From the NCBI RefSeq assembly GCF_009914755.1, contig NC_060925.1: a stretch of DNA of 64,000 nt. One strand, written 5' to 3'. The DNA comes from the human T2T-CHM13v2.0 reference genome, Homo sapiens. The translations under genes and the position numbers were made by a program. Each line of letters begins with the position of its first letter. The first letter of the stretch is position 1. This document shows, piece by piece, positions 56,469 to 64,000 of this stretch. Below the pieces are notes generated by a model. The model was not told the DNA's origin, did not search any database, and saw only the letters and a list, made by a program, of their open reading frames with translations.

Positions 56469-57871
56469 CCCCATTTTATAGATGAAGAGATTAAGCCTCT
56501 CAGCAAACAAGTAACTTTACCCAATCAAAGGGCTACTAAGTGACCAAGTCTATATGACTCATGATAGCCAACCCATGGCCTCCACCTTTCCTATGTATTG
56601 GCCCCAGCTTGACATCCCTGATCTTGTTGGCTTCCCGACATTTGCTTCCGTCCAGGTCCTTCCCTCCTTTCCATCTCCATCGCTCTTTTTGGCATGCATG
56701 GATGAGAATGCCATATGTCCAAGTCTTCAGCTATGACACCAAAATCATAGAATTGCTTCTAAGGTTGTAATTCCGTCTTGGAATTTATTTTGAGCCTTGG
56801 CTGGTTGAGTTGGCCATTCCTGAAGATGGCTGCTCAGCATCTGGCTCCCATTTGGTCTTTGGCTAAAAATTCAAAATTCATTTTCATCACTGAGTTTGTA
56901 GTATTTTCTTTCTTTGCTGAGCACAGTGAAGGAAAAGATGTGGCCATAATACTGTATCTGAATCACTCAGCTTGGTGGGTTGGAACAACTTGTTCCTAAG
57001 AAAAACTTGTGTATTTAACAGATGTTATCACATTCCAGGGACCGTGATAGATGCTGGGGATGCAAAGAGAACTTTACAAAGTAGCCCTTACATTAAAGGA
57101 GTAGCCAACCTAATGGCCTGCATGAAGTTTAAAAATGCAAAATACTGTGATAAGCCCATGGAGAATCAGCACATATAGGCACAGGGATAACACAAATGAG
57201 AAGGTTGTTTTTCCCACCCAGCATGATCCTGATTCCCACATGAATGGGTTTTAATGATATGATTGGAAGAGTTGCTGACTATTGAGTGCTGTGCTAAGCG
57301 TTTTCCAAAAATCAACACTTCCCTCCTTTACAACGATGACACCTATTCCATGCATAAGTAAACTGTTGCCCAGTGAAGGAAAGAGACTTACCCAAAGTCA
57401 TGTATCTAAGATTTCAACTCAGTTCTGTCTAACGCTTGATCTTCAAATCTTCTCCAGCATAGTAAGCTGGTGCCCCTGTTAATGTAGATGAGTTTGGATG
57501 GGTTTATTCCAATATCGCACGTGTCTCTTGTCTCATTATCCAGTGAGTTCCCTGAGCCAAGCACTCCGCAGCTCCATCGCAGCGTGGGCCTCTTGGAAAT
57601 TCGGTGCTAGTTCTCAAGGCCTCCTACCTGCTGAACCTTAGTCTTCATTGCTGAAATAAGAGCTGTCCTGCAAACAGAGTTTGGCGCTCGCTTTCTGGCC
57701 TCCGGCTGGTGGAGCAAGGACGTTTCCAGCACATAAGATTCCCCACTCTGTTAAAAAAAAATGTGTTTATACTTGGTCCCCTCTGAAGGCGGACGACACC
57801 CATACTTTTGTCCCAGCCCAATTTGCTGGCTGGGATTTTTCTCATCCTTTAAATCCCGGGAAGCAAGGAAC

Positions 57872-57930
57872 CTGCCCTCTGGCGCCATCTACCGGCACTG
57901 TTTTTCGAGTCCAAGGAGCCCCCTGCGGAG
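57872..57930 (-). promoter_or_regulatory. Cluster of reverse CTCF motifs in a CpG-enriched patch
   Basis: Minus strand CCGGTAGATGGCGC (57882-57895), overlapping GCGCCAGAGGGCAG (57872-57885), and TCCGCAGGGGGCTC (57916-57929). Confidence 0.65.
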
Positions 57931-59003
57931 TTGGGATGTGTTTAGTAATTGATTGGATGAATCCTGCCACTTCGTTAGTAGATTCTTATTTTCTTCACGG
58001 ACTCTTTACTAATTAGTAAAGAGATTATATAGCAAATATATTATCTTACTTTAAAGAGACCAGAGTCTCCTATCTCTCGCTTCCCCCACCCCATCAGTTG
58101 TGGCATTCCTTCATCTTTAATTTCTTCCTTCGAAAAATATTTATTTTGTTATTGTATAGAGATCAGGGCATGGGCCACACAGCTGCACACCTGAGCAAAC
58201 AGAGGGGCTGACTGATTTGCTGTTGTAATGAAAAACATTAGTTTTGGGTTCATTACTGTGATTCCACAATGGGCACCAAATCCCACTTAAGACCCACCGA
58301 AGAAGTCTTCAAAGGGACACGGTTTCAGGTCTGTGCCTGGTGAGCGTGCTGCCTCTTCGAATCTTTGCACAGAAATAACCTACGGTTGAAGACTCAGACC
58401 TGTCAGATCAAAACCAACCCTGGCCTCCAGACCTTGAAACAAGTCAAAACAGTGAACCTTACTCATCCGTTTTCAAAATATGGCCTGTTTTCTTTACAAA
58501 ATGCAGCAAAGCCTCTCAGATGGGCGCTGGCTGCAATATTTGATATATTAGGGAGAATCCTGACTCCTTCCAGGTTTCTGCCCATCTGTTTTAAATCCAA
58601 ATGGCTTGGCAGAGGATGGTTTTTAGTTATGTATTTTTTTCATTTCAAATGGAATTTAAAACAGCAGGGGCAGAAAGCCCAGATATGGATGAGAGAGAAA
58701 ATAAAAAGGCCCCTGTAATTCCCCATTCGCCTTCTACATGAAGGAAAAAATATCGGCATTTGTTGTAAACCTACTATGTGTCAAGGTATCACTAGGGTGT
58801 GTGATGTTGCTGAGCCATTGGAATTTTATAAAATTTTAAATGTTTTTCATTTTCTTCTTCAGAGGTGGTTTGATTTCATGATCAAGAGCTTGAACTTAAA
58901 GTCAAATCCTTCTCCTGCCTCCTGCAGTCATGGGGCCTTAGCTATTCTCTGTAATGACTCTAGGTCTCAGTTTCCTTGCCTGAGAACAGGCCTGTGATAA
59001 TTA

Positions 59004-60106
<1,103 letters not shown>

Positions 60107-60285
60107 AAGAATGAACTAGTGTGATTTTCAGAAAAAACCTGGGTTTTCTTTGCTCACCATCATCTGGCTGCTCAGTTTGTTGACGACTTGAGGGTACTAT
60201 ATTCCGATATGGCAAGTTAAACCACATACTATCTGGAACCACCTGCCCCTGTGGCCTCGCCTCCTACCTTGTCCCCTCCCCCTGA

Positions 60286-60609
<324 letters not shown>

Positions 60610-60794
60610 GATATTCACTTTCCTAAGATAAGACTTTAAGAAGACATTGACCAGAATTGCCCATTGAGAGACCAAAAAGTAAATAATGAGTAATGCATTG
60701 TGACCCAATTTTAGAAAGGCAGTAGATACCTCTAGCCTGGTCTGCAAGGTTTGATAATAATAACAGCAACAATAATCACTAAATGGATGAGCTC

Positions 60795-61321
60795 TGGTAG
60801 TTGACATTTTCTTTTGATCCCCCCAGTATCTACTCCCTCCTAGATCCTGATTTTCCTTTGAAGATACCCTCTTTCCTCCCTGTCTGGCCATGTGCTTTGA
60901 ATGACTCCACAACCTTGGTTTCAGAGGTGGGCACTTGACCTACACTTAAGCTGGTCAATATATCCCACTTCACCCCTTGGCCATACTGATTGGTTCAGGG
61001 ATGTGTATGTGACCCAATTAGATCAATGAAGCATAATTCTGGGAGGCTGTGAGAAATTGCTGTAGCCCTCTGACCCCTATGGATGGAGAGTTGGGACTTT
61101 CTGGACACTACCACATGGAGACTGAAGATGAAGCTAACACTTTCCAGAGCAAGCTGAGTGACAGACAGAAATCAAAGCCTGATGATACCATTTGAACCCT
61201 GTATATAGCCATGTCTGGAGCTACATCTATGATGGTTTTTGACTGATATATTTCAATAAAAATCCTTTCCATTTAAACTAAGTTTCCTGCCTCTTGCAAC
61301 CATGGAATTCTAACTGATACA
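60795..61321 (+). mobile_element. MLT1K-type LTR
   Basis: tgattggttcagggatgtgtatgtgacccaa...ttctaactgataca. Confidence 0.75.
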
Positions 61322-62224
61322 TTTATGATTTGCTGGCACTAGGTTAAGTAAGCTCTTTTACATATATTGACCTATTTAATCGTTACAGCAACACAATGGG
61401 AGTAGATATTATATTATCTCCATTTCACAGTGAATGCAACTGAGGCTTAGACAAGTGAAATATTTTCCCACTGACAGCTCGAGGTTGATATTAGAATTCA
61501 GATCTTAGCCACTATGCTATTTCCTCGGCATGCGAATATGGCTGGAGAGTGGCAGCATGGTTCTTTCTCAGGATTCCATATCCTCTCAGGCACTTCATCC
61601 AGTTCTCTCCCTCCCCTCCCCAACACTGGTAACCCATTCCTTCATTTTGCTGTCCTTTCCCTCATCTCTTCTCCCAATCTCACACCTTGACTTCAATACT
61701 CCCAGGAGATAAACATTAGGCCCTCCACCTAGCAAGTTCAGAGAGCTCAGGTTTAGAGCAAGCTCAGAGAGCCTAAGGCAGGAGACTGGCTGAGATGACC
61801 CCTGCACAGCCCCCAGGCCACCTTGTTGTGGAAGCTATGGCCTTAGCCTGGGTGCTGGTGATTGCTTCTTCCTTTTCTGGCACAGAGCCACTCTCAGAGG
61901 CTTCTTTGACAGCACCTAGGGCAAGCCAGGCTGATAGGCACCCTGCTCGAATAAGGCATTTCACTGCCTGGGCATTTGTGTGCAGCTGGCTCTGTTTGAA
62001 ATCCTGCCTCTTTCTGACTTCACTTCCTGAATGTGCTGACAGGCCTCTGAGCCAAGCCAAACAGGTTCACAATGCAGTGCCTGCAGAGTATTCCCCCGTG
62101 AGTGCAGCTGGGGAAACAAAACTTTTCTCCAGCCCACAGAGAGGACCTGCCAGCCCTTATATGACCAAGAAGTAGGCCCTGTGAGACCTCGTTGAATCTT
62201 AATGGGAAATGTTTTTATTTCAGC

Positions 62225-62258
62225 TGTGTGTGTGTGTGTGTGTATGTGTGTGTGTGTA
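62225..62258. repeat. (TG)n microsatellite, interrupted
   Basis: Direct inspection. Confidence 0.95.
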
Positions 62259-63064
62259 TTCCTGATTGTATTCCTGATTTTTTTTTCTTAAATTAACAAG
62301 TCGACAGTAAAAACTAGCTAATTATTCTGTGCCTGCTGTATATAAGTGCTTTAGATGTATGTTCCTCCCAACAACCTTCTGTGGCAGCCATGATTGGCCT
62401 CATTTTTGCAAAGAAAGAAATTGAGGATTAGCAATCAATGGTAAGGGACTGGCTCCATGCTCCCCAGCTACAAGTGGCAGAGGCTAGATTTAACGCAGGG
62501 GCACTTCACTCCAAAATCTGCATGCCTCTGAGTCATAATACCTCAATTCTCTCCCCTAACTCATAATACCTCAATTCCTGATGTGTTTGTTCAGAAGTGC
62601 AGTGAGGAACAGTGGGAAGGGCAGAGGCTCTAGTGTCTTTCTAGCTCTGAAGTTTGGCAAGATAGTTTTTTTCTCTAAATCTCAGTTCCTCATATACAAA
62701 ATGAAATAACAGTGCCTGTGTGGCAGAGAAGTTGCAGAGTTCAATGAGATAGAAATTTACATGGCAGTACTATTCAAGAGCAAGGTCCTGTGTGGACAAA
62801 GCCAGTTCTTTGGAGTCAGGAAGAGTTGGATTCAGCTTGAGCTTCTACAAGTCACTTATTTCCTAAAGTTGAACAAGACCTGATGCTCCATTTCCCCTTA
62901 ACACCAACCCTGGAAGTCCTAACACAATGCCTGCTACATAGGAGACATGTAGCAAATGGTATCTATTATAAATATTATATACGTGTCGGTTTTTATTATG
63001 CTTGTAGCAAGCATTATTGGTTCCTACCAGAGGATATCGTTCCTACTGTTGGTTCCTACTAGAG

Positions 63065-63835
63065 TTAGAATATACTAGGTAATGCTATAAGAACAAGCAA
63101 CCCTCAAATTCAGTGCCTTAAAGCAACAAATTCTTGGGGGATTTTGCTCATGCTAAATGGTCACTGTGGGTATGCTGGTGGTCAGGAGTTGTGGGAGAGG
63201 AGAGTGGACTCTGTCCACATCACTATCGTTTAAGGACACAGGCTGATGGACATTGCATTCCTGTGTGTCCACAGTTGCCAAGGCAAAGAAAAGGGAAGAT
63301 GTTGAATCTTGTAGTTGCTCTCAAGGCGTCCTATCTTGGTGTGATATGTCACCATTGTTTGCATTTCATTGGCTGATGCAAGTCAGAAGTCCTCTCGCTT
63401 AAGTTCAAGGAGGTAGGAGATGGCAAAGTACAAGCAATCATGGTGGGTTCATTTCCTAGTCATGAATGATTTTGAGTCTAGGAATATGACCTGCTCCTGT
63501 CCAATGGGACAAAAGGGCAAGTCTACTGGGGTGGAGGTGGGGAGCCGCTAGGAAAGTTTCTCTTGTTAATAAAAACAGAAAGATGATAGTAAACATTCCT
63601 GCATTGCTGGTGACTATTGTGTTGACTTATGATGCCGGAAATGCTGCAGGTATCTTGAGTGCTCACAAGAAACTTCCTTGACACACTGAGAATGGTGAAA
63701 TGAAAAGATAGGAGGCACCTGAACCCGTGATTATGTCATTAAGCCACTACATTAGCCACTCGTGGACTTGTTTCATAGCTGGTCTTCTGGTTTACGTTGC
63801 ATGTTCTGTTGCTGGCCCCTGCACACATCTTAACT
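63065..63835. mobile_element. Two MLT1 LTR fragments in opposite orientations
   Basis: 63065-63420 antisense (ctcaaattcagtgccttaaagcaacaaa); 63450-63835 sense (tgtccaatgggacaaaagggcaagtctactggg). Confidence 0.6.
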
Positions 63836-64000
63836 GGTAGAATGGTCAATAATAGAACAATTCAGATGCCTGCCCATTTTTCTCCAGGATAACATAATAT
63901 CAGGAAAAGTTTCCCCCTTCAAGCATGAACCTAAGATCAATCAATACACCCTGGAAGAGATTAGTCATCAGCCCAAGGTGATGAATGTACAATCCTCAGG

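Overview
Human genomic DNA: an AluYa5 with all five diagnostic positions and an L1PA2-type element are present. The window is dense in repeats (Alu, MIR, L2, MaLR/ERVL LTRs, hAT/Tc MITEs) and I see no intact protein-coding gene; the longer supplied ORFs fall in repeats or look like chance. The main hidden structure is a decayed multi-exon protein-coding gene on the minus strand (~23.3 kb to 3.4 kb). It has ten candidate exons with GT/AG ends and mostly matching splice phases. The reading frame is restored across three Alus, one MST LTR and a Y4-RNA retrocopy when these are excised at their target-site duplications (TSDs). The reconstructed product is roughly 850 aa and I cannot assign it to a family. 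Other notable items: a 3.2-kb TA-rich tract with a VNTR, perfect palindromes and an inverted 102-bp copy of DNA from 3 kb away; a twin-primed L1 with a short 3' transduction; two Alu insertions carrying extra non-Alu sequence inside their TSDs; and convergent CTCF-like motifs at ~28.5 and ~57.9 kb. Boundaries of old repeats are approximate and subfamily names come from recalled consensus sequences, not a database search.
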